This document shows, piece after piece, positions 49,877-60,423 of a stretch of DNA of 64,000 nt; within the stretch, counting starts at the first letter, position 1, and each line of letters starts with the position of its first letter. The stretch is from NCBI GenBank assembly GCA_047495785.1, contig JBLDXI010000048.1:1054001-1118000 (forward strand). Reading direction: 5' to 3'. The notes beneath the pieces were generated by a model that saw only the letters and a list, made by a program, of their open reading frames with translations, did no database searches and was not told the origin of the DNA. Both the position numbers and the translations under genes were made by a program. Source of the DNA: Lepidodermella squamata (taxonomy: Eukaryota > Animalia > Gastrotricha).

Positions 49877-50225
49877 CAAGTGTAGCATTGTCCCAATCGA
49901 TGCTTCTGTATCTGTTTACGCGAACTTTGTAGTCAGGGGCCAGATCGGCGAGTTCTGGGCTGATCAAAGTGTCGATATGAGCTATGATTGTGTCAACATA
50001 GAAATCGTGGTTCTGACAGAGGGCAAGACCGCTCGCAAAACGTGCAATCATCACTCATTTCAATTGTTAACAGCCTATCACAAAGGAAAAGACAATAATA
50101 GATATATAGCCCAATCTTTCCATTCATGGAGATGGTAATCATTAGGTAAATTTTGGGTGTGCAAAGTGCGCACCCTTAATTTAGGGTTCCAACACTAAAT
50201 TTGAGACTCCAGCGCTAGATTTTCC
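49877..50225 (-). pseudogene. Inverted, near-identical 349-bp copy of the upstream region and 5' CDS of SOCS-box gene B (53997-54345)
   Basis: Reverse complement matches 53997-54345 except for two 1-nt indels that I could see. It encodes DFYVDTIIAHIDTLISPELADLAPDYKVRVNRYRSIDWDNATL and then breaks off. Confidence 0.92.
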
Positions 50226-50904
50226 CAATTCTTTTCATCATCTGGTCGCTAGTGGTGATATACGCCACTTTGTCCCTATCGCTCATACCTTGTTGATATG
50301 CAGAACGGATTTATTTTATTGTTTTTCGCCAGGGGTTGAAAATTGAAATAAATTGGATTTGAAATAAACTGCGAAATTTTCAATTTGATTTGTTGTTTTC
50401 TGTCTTACTTTGCAAACTTAATCGCTCGATTGATAGTAAGTCACACGCAATCGTTTGCTACGCTACATATCGAAGAGAAACGAAAAGCGTTTTATTCTGT
50501 CCTTTCATCGATATTAAAGGATCTTCCGTTACATCTTCAGCATTCGTTTTTAATGTTTGATGTAGTATTTTACATATTAGAATTAATTTGGTTTCATCTG
50601 CTCGCGCATCGTGTTTCAGTTCTTATTACAAAACCATCAAAATACTGATAAAACCTTCGTACCTGTCAGTGTTTGTTTAAGAAGTTTTCAGTGGAATTAC
50701 TTCAACTAATCAAATTTTGCGCCTAATTATTGCAGAGATAAAATTATTTCTCGAGAAATGTAGTTAGACATGTTCTATTTTTAAGTGTAGTCGGCGCTTG
50801 GAGATACAATATCTCAGCTTATCAGGCGCGGCATTTTTTCAAGGGAGGGATTACAAGGCGTCTCCCCAGTTCTCACCAGAGCAACAGTTGGCGGTTTCTT
50901 TGAT

Positions 50905-53361
50905 ATGGACATATATTTAGAAAATTCAACTGGCCACATTATTGAGTTGGCTGCTTTGATAGCTGGTGGCGATCAAATAAAGCCTCATTTCGCCAAGCCT
51001 GCTATAGCGCGAATCCAGACGTCATGGCCGCCGTACTTGGCTGCCTTGCAACACTTTATATTAGCAAATATTCCTGACGACTGGCGGCGTCAGACTCCGT
51101 TGACCCATGCCGTTTGGAGCAATAACCTGGAAGCCGTGAAACAATTGCTAGTCCAGGGAGCACCGAGAGACTCCACATGGTATGCCAACCCGCAGTTTTT
51201 TGAAAGGCAGAATTTAGGAAAACCTCAGGCTTTCCCGAAAAACGAAACGCTTGAAGAAGTGATGCATCAGATTCGTCTGTTCGAAGAGGAGGAAGAACGC
51301 AAATTCCGGCAACGCGAGAGAGAGCGGGCAATCCAGCGCAGCATTCCGAGGTATATCACAGAAACACGCCGCGAGTACGTTCCGTATTCGGCAACTGCTG
51401 GCGGATGGGTAACGAAGACAGTGCAAGTTGTGAATCCTAGGTGGTATCCGGATCCGGGCAAATACCACAAGAAAACTGTGCATTCTTCATGGACACGGCT
51501 GCGTGATTATATAACGCAGTTTGACAGCAACTTCAGGCGAGTTTACAACGCTAAACTCGACCAGTTGAGGGCTTACATTGCAGAGCTACACGATAACAAC
51601 CTGGCCCCTGGCTGGACCGCTTTACACATATCGTTGTTCCTGAAAAACGCTGCCATAACCGCTGAATTGTTGATAGCTGGGGCGAATCCAGATTTTCGCG
51701 CTGTTTCACCCGCTGGGAAAGAGTATTACCCTCTTGAAATGGCGGCTAGCAACTTGGGAAATGACGTTGCGCTTTTCGAGCTGATCACAAAGCGATCAAA
51801 GATCAAGCAAAGTTCCATCGTCGATAAGGTTTTGAACGAAACTGTTGGTCGCGGTCAACTGGGCCACTCGAGGCTGATTCTGGCTGATTTGGCACCTAGT
51901 AACATAGCTAAAGACAAAGCATTCTGTTTAGCTGTTGAGTTGATCAACGTAGCAATGGTCGACATGTTTCTGGAGCAAAAAGTCACTGTTACTCAAAATG
52001 TTTTCGAATTTGCTGCGAAATCTATTCTTGAAAAGTCGAATAAGGACGCTGAAGCTGTAGCCAAACGATTCTTTGTGGGACCGGCCGTAGATCGGCCAGT
52101 TACGAGTAATTTCGTCACTCTGCTAACACTGACAGCTCACCAAACTCGTCTGAACGATTTTTCCATCAAATGGCTCGTCGAGGAGCAAACTTGTAATGTC
52201 AGAGTTAGAACACTGGATCCGAATAAGGTAACTATCTACTGTCCTCTCGGAGAAGCATGTGAGGCTGGAAATGTAGAGCTTTTCAAGTATCTGAACGAGA
52301 ATAAAGGCGTTCCCGTAACCGATGTTGATATTTTTGATGGCAATTCGTTGGTTCTAAAATCAGTCAAATCACGTCAAATCGCTATGGTTGAGCATTGCGT
52401 ATCGTTCAAAATAACCAACGCCCTTGATTTTTTAGACCAGCTAACAAATATGACTCCGCTGCGATTAGCGATTAAAAACGGGGATAAAGCAATTTTCCAA
52501 CTGCTCTCGCGGTGTGGTGCTAAGCCCGAGATTCAGGCTCTTCTAATTTCTGTGAGGACTAAGCAATTGGATGCCGCTGCTCTTTTGCTTGAACCATGCC
52601 CTTCTTTAGCTGTTGAGGCGGACCCAGAAACAGGACAAACAGCATTGATGGAGGCAGCTAATCAGCGATGGCTGGAAGGTGGCAAAATGATATTAGCAAT
52701 CGGAGCTAATCCAAATGCTCTGAATAGATTCGGTGAAACCGCCCTTTTGATCGGTCTTAGAGTTGGTTCTCCCGAGGAGTTGATCCGCTTGTTGATTCGT
52801 TCTACTGATGTTAAGAATTTGTTTCGAAGCGAGTCGGGCGAGTCGATTTTAACGTATGCTGTTCGCAGTAATTACGATCCGTCAATTATTTCGGCCTTGT
52901 TAGTCGGAAACTCGCAACCGGTGTTTGATGGCACGTTTTCAATTTCGTCAAACGGAACTCCTATTGACCAGTTAAATGAATTCGGAGGTTCGGCGTTGAT
53001 AGAAGCTGCTAAACTAGGTCGCATCGAGCATGGTCGGCTTCTGCTCAAATCTGGAATCAACATGGAAATTGCAGCTAATGCAAATACTTACATCCCATCT
53101 GATCCGAAAAGCAAGGTCTCCCAAAGACAGCCGAATGCGCTCATGGTTGCTGGTTATTACGGTCAGGCTGAAATTGCGCGGATGCTCCTTGATCATTGGA
53201 AGGAAACTATGCCAAAACAGCGAATTGTTGGGCTCAGGAAAGCAATTAAAGTATCCGAAAGACGACTGGGCCGATCGCTGTTCAATTCAGCCTTCACCTT
53301 TATCGAGAAAGACCCAACTCTTGTTGTACTGAAGAGCGAGACACGCTGCTCTTTGATGTAG
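50905..53361 (+). CDS. Ankyrin-repeat protein with inserted stalk domain and C-terminal CaaX (ANK2), intronless
   Basis: Close paralogue of ANK1 with the same ankyrin repeats. Ends CSLM*. Confidence 0.92.
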   Translation: MDIYLENSTGHIIELAALIAGGDQIKPHFAKPAIARIQTSWPPYLAALQHFILANIPDDWRRQTPLTHAVWSNNLEAVKQLLVQGAPRDSTWYANPQFFERQNLGKPQAFPKNETLEEVMHQIRLFEEEEERKFRQRERERAIQRSIPRYITETRREYVPYSATAGGWVTKTVQVVNPRWYPDPGKYHKKTVHSSWTRLRDYITQFDSNFRRVYNAKLDQLRAYIAELHDNNLAPGWTALHISLFLKNAAITAELLIAGANPDFRAVSPAGKEYYPLEMAASNLGNDVALFELITKRSKIKQSSIVDKVLNETVGRGQLGHSRLILADLAPSNIAKDKAFCLAVELINVAMVDMFLEQKVTVTQNVFEFAAKSILEKSNKDAEAVAKRFFVGPAVDRPVTSNFVTLLTLTAHQTRLNDFSIKWLVEEQTCNVRVRTLDPNKVTIYCPLGEACEAGNVELFKYLNENKGVPVTDVDIFDGNSLVLKSVKSRQIAMVEHCVSFKITNALDFLDQLTNMTPLRLAIKNGDKAIFQLLSRCGAKPEIQALLISVRTKQLDAAALLLEPCPSLAVEADPETGQTALMEAANQRWLEGGKMILAIGANPNALNRFGETALLIGLRVGSPEELIRLLIRSTDVKNLFRSESGESILTYAVRSNYDPSIISALLVGNSQPVFDGTFSISSNGTPIDQLNEFGGSALIEAAKLGRIEHGRLLLKSGINMEIAANANTYIPSDPKSKVSQRQPNALMVAGYYGQAEIARMLLDHWKETMPKQRIVGLRKAIKVSERRLGRSLFNSAFTFIEKDPTLVVLKSETRCSLM

Positions 53362-54164
53362 ATTGTCGATTCATGCCTAATTACCTGATTCAATGATACG
53401 AGAGTAAACAGATGAAACAATTTTTCAAAGATTTGTTATTGTCATGTACTTAACCGCAATTTAATTCAGATGATAATTTTGTCTAAGACTTTCGGTGTTG
53501 TTCTGAAGGGAAAGCTAGGTGAAACCTTCTGCAATCTTTTCCCGAAATTTCAACTGCGAAAGTTGAATTATAAGATGATAAAACAAGAGTAAAATGAAAA
53601 ATTTTCTTGTCCAAATATTCGCATCACTAAAAATGCGGTTCCAGCACTCAATTTAAGCGTCCTGGCACTAAATGTTTCATGTTCTTTGAGATTTCGGCGT
53701 TTTCGTATTTTGATCGATACTGATGCCCTCCCTGAACCCTGAACTTTTAGCTACATGTTACGTAGACAAATTATCGATGTTGGATGTTGGGTTCCACGAC
53801 GGCTGATATCGGAAAAATCTTTTATTTGTAAAATCGATACTTTGAATCGATATCGGCTCTGCAGGCTGAAGTGTTACTCGTAAACTGATAGATCATAGCT
53901 GAAAAAATAAGCCTAATATGAAGATCTATTGGTTAGGCATTATAACAAAATAATTGAGATTCCAGAGAAGACATGAAACTGGAAAAGCACATTCGTGGAA
54001 AATCTAGCGCTGGAGTCTCAAATTTAGTGTTGGAACCCTAAATTAAGGGTGCGCACTTTGCACACCCAAAATTTACCTAATGATTACCATCTCCATGAAT
54101 GGAAAGATTGGGCTATATTATCTATTATTGTCTTTTCCTTTGTGATAGGCTGTTAACAATTGAA

Positions 54165-55418
54165 ATGAGTGATGATTGCACGTTTTGCGAGCGGTCTTGC
54201 CCTCTGTCAGAACCCGATTTCTATGTTGACACAATCATAGCTCATATCGACACTTTGATCAGCCCAGAACTCGCCGATCTGGCCCCTGACTACAAAGTTC
54301 GCGTAAACAGATACAGAAGCATCGATTGGGACAATGCTACACTTGTTTTCAAGTCAGTCCTACCATTCAGCGGAAGTTACAGATGCGTTGCGATCTATTT
54401 ACCCAAACTCGACATTTTCGACGATTCTCCTTGCGCTCCTGATCCCGTTGACAAGATTCAAGAGGACATTTGGTTAATTTTGCGCCGCAGAGTTGAGAAA
54501 GCTACCAAATTCGACCCGATTGTTATGTTCATGTGCTGCCTTGCTTTTGAAGAAAAATGCTTCAGAGGCCTTCGATTTATTCTGAGAAAAATTGGCTCAA
54601 CCTTTCCGAAATGTTTTCTAACCTATTTTTGCCACGATGTCGTAGCGGCACGTTATGACGATGAACCCTTCAAAACCTACAAATGCTTCCTTGCCCTTGG
54701 AGTTTCGATCAAGAAGCCATTGCCAATGTCCGATGGCGGCAAGCTTCATTTGATGACTCGCTTGATAAGAAAACTTGATTATAAGCCTGTCGTTGAGCAC
54801 GCTATGATTATAGTCGATGTGGCGTATCAAATGAGAACGTTGCCACTTTGCCGCTTGATTTTGGAGCAGAAGGAGATCATTTTTCGAGTTTTACGCAACA
54901 TCACAGAGTTATCGACCTATCACGCGGCTCGTTTTATCGACGCTGCTGAGCTTCATCTTCATGATTTTCTCCTATTTACGGCTATTCAGCGCTGCCATCT
55001 GAGCAACACTTGCGTTTTCATTGCTGTTATGCTACTCCGAGCTGGTTGCCGCTTGGAAAATGAGTTGTTTTCTTTCGTGCCTCGCAACAAATCGTGGTTC
55101 AGTCAGTTGATTCTTGAAAGTTATGACAGGCGCCCATTTTTCGATTTGAGCAGCTTTGAGCAACCTTTACGTGAATTTTTCCCGTTGAGCTTGAAGTGCC
55201 AAGCCAGAAAATCGATTCTGTCCGTGCTGCCTTATGGGCTTGAAACTCGTCGAGAAGCGATCGGAATGCTCGACTTGGAATCTGAGCTGAGAAATTACTT
55301 GAATTTCGACGATTTAGCGGATCGGATTATCGAGTTTAATTTTCCTGGAGATAAAACCGATCATTCGTACTGTGAATGGAACCGATCAATGCTCTTCGAT
55401 TTGGTATTCGAAGACTGA
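54165..55418 (+). CDS. Divergent SOCS-box protein, family member B (coding region intronless)
   Basis: Likely start MSDDCTFCERSC (frame open from 54099). Motifs PKCFL, TYKC and LLRAGC. SOCS box PLSLKCQARKSILSVLP...LDLESELRNYLNF. Confidence 0.8.
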   Translation: MSDDCTFCERSCPLSEPDFYVDTIIAHIDTLISPELADLAPDYKVRVNRYRSIDWDNATLVFKSVLPFSGSYRCVAIYLPKLDIFDDSPCAPDPVDKIQEDIWLILRRRVEKATKFDPIVMFMCCLAFEEKCFRGLRFILRKIGSTFPKCFLTYFCHDVVAARYDDEPFKTYKCFLALGVSIKKPLPMSDGGKLHLMTRLIRKLDYKPVVEHAMIIVDVAYQMRTLPLCRLILEQKEIIFRVLRNITELSTYHAARFIDAAELHLHDFLLFTAIQRCHLSNTCVFIAVMLLRAGCRLENELFSFVPRNKSWFSQLILESYDRRPFFDLSSFEQPLREFFPLSLKCQARKSILSVLPYGLETRREAIGMLDLESELRNYLNFDDLADRIIEFNFPGDKTDHSYCEWNRSMLFDLVFED

Positions 55419-55965
55419 TGATTTTGTTCAACAGAAAAGTGACTTTCAATTATTGACTGAAAATGACAATTATTGACAAATTATTGCCGCTTTATTTTTC
55501 TTTGTTTTTTCTTGATGTGATAAAATTTATATTAAGCTGGCTGCTAAGAGGCTAGAATTCCATTATTTTATTTTAGAGACTCTTAAATAGGATATTCGAG
55601 TTGAAAATCGATCCTATGGAACATGGAACGATGAAAGTAACCGCAAGTTTAATTTGAGGCCTTCCTTATTTTGCTACTATCTTTCTAAATTTTACGGTTT
55701 ATGAGGATTATATTATGAGGCTATCGCGTTTTTTTTTGCAACTGTCTATTTCTTGGTATAAGGTATTATACCGGCGTTTGGTGTAAGGTAACAATGTGTA
55801 CTGGAGGTGGCCGGGCGTGTTATTAGCAGCTAATTTTTTTATCAAATGCCTTAATCGTGCAGTTATATATCTTATCGGCTCACCCTATACACACTCCACC
55901 CACTGGCTAGCTAGAGTCATTTCACTGGCTTCAGTCCCGAATTTCACGTTAATAAACCCGAAAAA

Positions 55966-58410
55966 ATGGACCGATATTTGGAGATGGACAGTGGCGAGAC
56001 GGTCGAATTGATGGCTTTTATAGGCAGTGGCGGCAATATTCGACCTGATTCAGTGTACCCCCACATTCACTGTGTCCAAACCGAGTGGAATGCTTACCTG
56101 AGTTACCTGAAAGATTTAGTCTTCAAAACAATTCCTGACGACTGGCGCCGGCAAACTGCTTTGACTCGGGCTGTTTGGGCTAACGACTTGGAGCTGGTCC
56201 GTAGTTTGATATCTCAAGGCGCTCCTTTGAACCAAACTTGGTACTCTAATCCGAGGCCATTTGAGAGCTATGACTTGGGTAAACCGGGCAATGTTCCAGT
56301 GAATAAAGCTTTGAAATGCGTAGAGGAAGCTATCTACGACTTTGAGGAAACCGAACAGCGCAGGTATAACGAGCGTGAAGATGAAAGGTGTCGTTTGGCT
56401 GCGATTCCCCGGGAAATCCACATTACTAAAACCGAGCATTGCAATGGCGAGGAAAAAAGAGTAGAGGTATGCGTGCCAAACCCGAATTGGCGTCCGGACC
56501 CTGGTCCTTATTGCAAGCAGTCGGTACCTATGGGCTGGGTTAATCTGCAACATGAGTTGGAATGCTTTAGTAACAATTTTCAACGGCTTTATTCCATGAA
56601 AATCGCTGTATTGGCCAGCTACGCGAAAGAGCTCATTGATAATGACCTAGCTCCTGCCTGGACACCACTTTTGATTGCGATGTACATAAAAAATGCGCCG
56701 ATTGTCATGGAATTACTCAGGGCAGGGGCTTCGCCTGATTTTTCCGCAGAAGCGCCAAGAGGATTTAAGTATCACGCTCTTGAAATGGCCCTTCGTAACT
56801 TCAGTACCGATCTCGAGCTATTTTCAACTGTCACCAAAGCCACGAGAGCAAAATCGAGCAAAGTTGTCGATGATCTACTGGTAGCGACGATTTTCAAGGA
56901 CATGATTCACCACACGCGGTTGATGTTATGCGATTTGAGCCCGAGTGACCAAGCTAAGGACAAGGCCTACTGCCACTCGATTACCAGGATGAACATAACC
57001 ATGGTTCAGCTGTTTTTAGAGCTTAATGTCACGAAAACTCAAAATGTCTACGAAAGCGCGACTAAAACCTTGTTGGAGGAAGCAAATCCGATCGCCGAGT
57101 CTATCGCCAAATTATTCTTCTTCCATTCAACGGTTGATCTTCCTGTCTCCGGTTTAGGTATTACTCTTCTTACCCTTACCGCCCGCCAAGCTCGTTTGAA
57201 TGAGTTTTCAATCGCTTGGCTGATCGAGGCTCAAAAGTCGAATGTTAGGTCACGAGTTGTTGACCGGAACGAGATAACCGTGTACAGTCCATTGGGGGAG
57301 GCTTGTGAAGGAGGCAATTTAGAGTTGTTCAAATATTTGAATGAAACGAAGAGCGTTCCTGTATCTGATGTTGACAACTTCAACGGCGATTCTTTGATCC
57401 TGAAAGCCGTCAAGTCCCGTCAATTTGCAATGGTTGAGCACTGCCTAGCTTTTAAAACTAAAACAGCTATAGATTTTCATGACCAATTGACGGGGATGAC
57501 ACCTCTCCGTCTTGCGATTCAAAATGGGGATAAAGCAATTTTTCAGTTGTTGTTTCAAAACGGAGCTCGGCCTGAACTTCAAGCGTTGTTGATTGCTGTG
57601 AAAACTACGCAGTTGGACGCAACGGCGATGCTGTTAGAGCCTTGCCCGAATCTAGCTACAGAAGCTGATCCTCTAACTGGCAACACAGCTTTGATGGAAG
57701 CTGGTCGCCAGGGTTGGCTTGATGGTGGAAAATTGATTCTAGCCATCGGAGCTAACCCGAATGCGGTGGATAGAATGGAACAAACAGCACTGTTGATCGC
57801 CTTGCAAGGACGAGCTCCGCCCGAGTTGATCCACATGCTGATTCCCGTGACGGATATCAAGCGTTTGTATAGAAACACGACTGGGCAATCGATTTTGAGT
57901 TTTGCAGTCCGCCATCGTTACGACACTTCAGTTATTACCGCCCTGTTGAATGGTAACAAGGCGAATGAGAAGGAGGATCATTTTGAAGTAGTGTCTTTCA
58001 ATGGAACGCCGATAGATCAGTTGAACGAGTTTGAAGGAAGTGCGCTGATAGAAGCTGCGGAAATCGGCAGTTTGGAGCATGGCAAGATTTTGTTGGAATC
58101 GGGTGCGAACATGGAGATTTTGGCGAAGGAAGGCACTTACATCAAGATAGACAAGGACAGCGACGTGACTAAGAAGAAGCCTAACGCTTTGATGGTCGCC
58201 GCGCATCACGGCCATTCGGAATATGTGAAACTGATTGTCGAGCACTGGAAGAAAACGAAGCCAAAGCAGAAGATTAAAGGCTTGAAAAAAGCGACTAAGC
58301 TGTCAGAGAAACGACTGGGAAGATCTTTCTTGCAAGCGGCTTTTACCTTCAAAGAAAAGGATCCTACTTTGATTATCCTTAAAGATGCGAGCAAATGCTC
58401 AATAATGTGA
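55966..58410 (+). CDS. Ankyrin-repeat protein with inserted stalk domain and C-terminal CaaX (ANK3), intronless
   Basis: More distant paralogue, sharing IPDDWRRQT, TLLTLTARQARLN and RLGRS...AFTF.EKDPTL. Ends CSIM*. Confidence 0.92.
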   Translation: MDRYLEMDSGETVELMAFIGSGGNIRPDSVYPHIHCVQTEWNAYLSYLKDLVFKTIPDDWRRQTALTRAVWANDLELVRSLISQGAPLNQTWYSNPRPFESYDLGKPGNVPVNKALKCVEEAIYDFEETEQRRYNEREDERCRLAAIPREIHITKTEHCNGEEKRVEVCVPNPNWRPDPGPYCKQSVPMGWVNLQHELECFSNNFQRLYSMKIAVLASYAKELIDNDLAPAWTPLLIAMYIKNAPIVMELLRAGASPDFSAEAPRGFKYHALEMALRNFSTDLELFSTVTKATRAKSSKVVDDLLVATIFKDMIHHTRLMLCDLSPSDQAKDKAYCHSITRMNITMVQLFLELNVTKTQNVYESATKTLLEEANPIAESIAKLFFFHSTVDLPVSGLGITLLTLTARQARLNEFSIAWLIEAQKSNVRSRVVDRNEITVYSPLGEACEGGNLELFKYLNETKSVPVSDVDNFNGDSLILKAVKSRQFAMVEHCLAFKTKTAIDFHDQLTGMTPLRLAIQNGDKAIFQLLFQNGARPELQALLIAVKTTQLDATAMLLEPCPNLATEADPLTGNTALMEAGRQGWLDGGKLILAIGANPNAVDRMEQTALLIALQGRAPPELIHMLIPVTDIKRLYRNTTGQSILSFAVRHRYDTSVITALLNGNKANEKEDHFEVVSFNGTPIDQLNEFEGSALIEAAEIGSLEHGKILLESGANMEILAKEGTYIKIDKDSDVTKKKPNALMVAAHHGHSEYVKLIVEHWKKTKPKQKIKGLKKATKLSEKRLGRSFLQAAFTFKEKDPTLIILKDASKCSIM

Positions 58411-58551
58411 TAATGTTCCATTTTCACGTTAGATGAAGAAAATTACATTTGATTTAAATTCACTTGATCGCATTTGATTGAAATAAATTATATTTTCAAA
58501 TTTGTGAGTTGAGAAAACATGATTTTTTCCATTTGGTAGGAACAAATCGCC

Positions 58552-59949
58552 ATGAGTTCCCATGGTTGTTACTTTTGTGGTTCTTGTTGTCGCTTGAAAA
58601 GCGCCGAATTTTTCAACAATTTGATAATTGAGTTGATAAGGGTTTTACCTGAAGTTATCCCATTCTACGCCACTGAACTTGAAGTGATACCTGCTGAAGA
58701 ATTGCTTTACTACCCATATCACGCTACAATTATTCATATCACACCGCTGGTTCTGGGCCGTAGTATCTGCATACTTGCGCGGAAATGTTACTTGAAGCTT
58801 ATAAAAAAATTCTGTCCCAACTTCGAAAAATGCCTCCTCGACGTGCTATTGGTGGGCACATTACAGAGAGGCTTATTTGAACCTCATGCTTTGATTTGTG
58901 CCCACTTGTGCCTTAAACTGAAAGATTTCGAGAGTTTGCGCCGGTTGATACCAATTATAAGTCCATCAGCCCCGAAATGCTTGCTGCTTGCGTTGTTTCG
59001 AACGACATTGGAGGAAGATTCCGGAGACAAATGGCCGCATCTGACGTACCGCGCCTTTCTGGAGCCGTCTGATGGAACTTGGGACCCGGATTTTGATTTA
59101 TTTGAGCCTGTGATGGAATCTTCAGGCCCGGATTTGTTCAACTTCCGAGACGAGGATTGCCGTAGAAACTTCGTCACAGGCGTTTCAAAGCTGATATCGC
59201 CGATCTTGAGAAAAATGTTGAGTAAGGAGCGGAAATTCGCAGTCATCATTCAACAAATTTACATCATTTTCGACCTATTTTCTCGGCTGCGATCATCGCT
59301 GAGAAAGAGAATCGACGTCTGTGCGTTAACGTCATTCTTCGAAAGTTTGTGTGAAATCTCCATCAATCTGGGCCGTCGATTTTTTGACGTCTCAAAAGCT
59401 TACAAATACGCCACAAGCTATCTTAATAGCACACCAAATCCTAGGGCCATCTACATTTTCCTGGAGGCTGGCTGTCATGTCGAACGCATCGTGACGCTTT
59501 CCAACTTCGATAACGATCCATGGATGTACCATTTCTTGTTCGAATTCAGGTTCAATCGTCGACTTCTACGTCAATACCACCCTGAGGTGGCTTTCAGTCC
59601 GTCGCCTTTGAGTTTGACTACGTTGTGCCGCCAGGTCATCCACCAGTTTTTACCACGAGGAGCAGCGAATCGTCGTTTGGTGCTGCGGAATATCGGGCTA
59701 CCCGAGTCACTTCAACGGTACTTGATGTGGCAAGATCTCGGTGAAGTTGTAATGGTTGCGGAAATGCGAAAATTGTTGGACAAATTGGAGCGAGTAAATA
59801 AGCCAGAAAAATATAAAACCAGTGATTTGGTGTGCCATTGTTTTGCTAAGACTCCGAAAAAACTTGAAATGGTTGGCGATGAGAATCGTTCTCTCACGCC
59901 AGATCCCAGATCTTTTTCCTGTGTGAAATTTATTCCGCTTGAATATTGA
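58552..59949 (+). CDS. Divergent SOCS-box protein, family member C (coding region intronless)
   Basis: MSSHGCYFCGSCC, PKCLL, TYRA and FLEAGC. Near-canonical SOCS box PLSLTTLCRQVIHQFL...IGLPESLQRYL. Confidence 0.85.
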   Translation: MSSHGCYFCGSCCRLKSAEFFNNLIIELIRVLPEVIPFYATELEVIPAEELLYYPYHATIIHITPLVLGRSICILARKCYLKLIKKFCPNFEKCLLDVLLVGTLQRGLFEPHALICAHLCLKLKDFESLRRLIPIISPSAPKCLLLALFRTTLEEDSGDKWPHLTYRAFLEPSDGTWDPDFDLFEPVMESSGPDLFNFRDEDCRRNFVTGVSKLISPILRKMLSKERKFAVIIQQIYIIFDLFSRLRSSLRKRIDVCALTSFFESLCEISINLGRRFFDVSKAYKYATSYLNSTPNPRAIYIFLEAGCHVERIVTLSNFDNDPWMYHFLFEFRFNRRLLRQYHPEVAFSPSPLSLTTLCRQVIHQFLPRGAANRRLVLRNIGLPESLQRYLMWQDLGEVVMVAEMRKLLDKLERVNKPEKYKTSDLVCHCFAKTPKKLEMVGDENRSLTPDPRSFSCVKFIPLEY

Positions 59950-60423
59950 ATATGAAAACTGAGTGAAATGTGTGCCTATTTTACAAACTTTTATTTTTCT
60001 AGATCATGAATTTTTAAACGAAATTAGTCCAGTGGTAAAGTTGGTTCTGGCTGGGAAACAGCTTCATTTATATCACTGCCAGATAAGCTTAGAATTCTCG
60101 GTATCTTTCCTTATAATCATTGGATGTTCTCTGTGTACTTGATCGTCATTCAAACCTTGGAAAATATCGGAAATACCAATCTCAACGTCATCGAAAAAAT
60201 CCTACTAAATTCACCGAATTCTGTGTCTGTAGCTACAGAACTTCATCGAAATGCGTTGTCACCATGTCCAGTGTCCAGCTAATTAACGCTTCGTCGGTTG
60301 GCTCTTCGGATTATTCGAGTCCAAGATGTGTCCTGGTCGAGTTTATGTTGCCATTCGTTCGCGGACAATTGGACAATTGGTTATCTCACCGGTTAACCTT
60401 ATCTTTAGCCCAGTGATTCCCAG

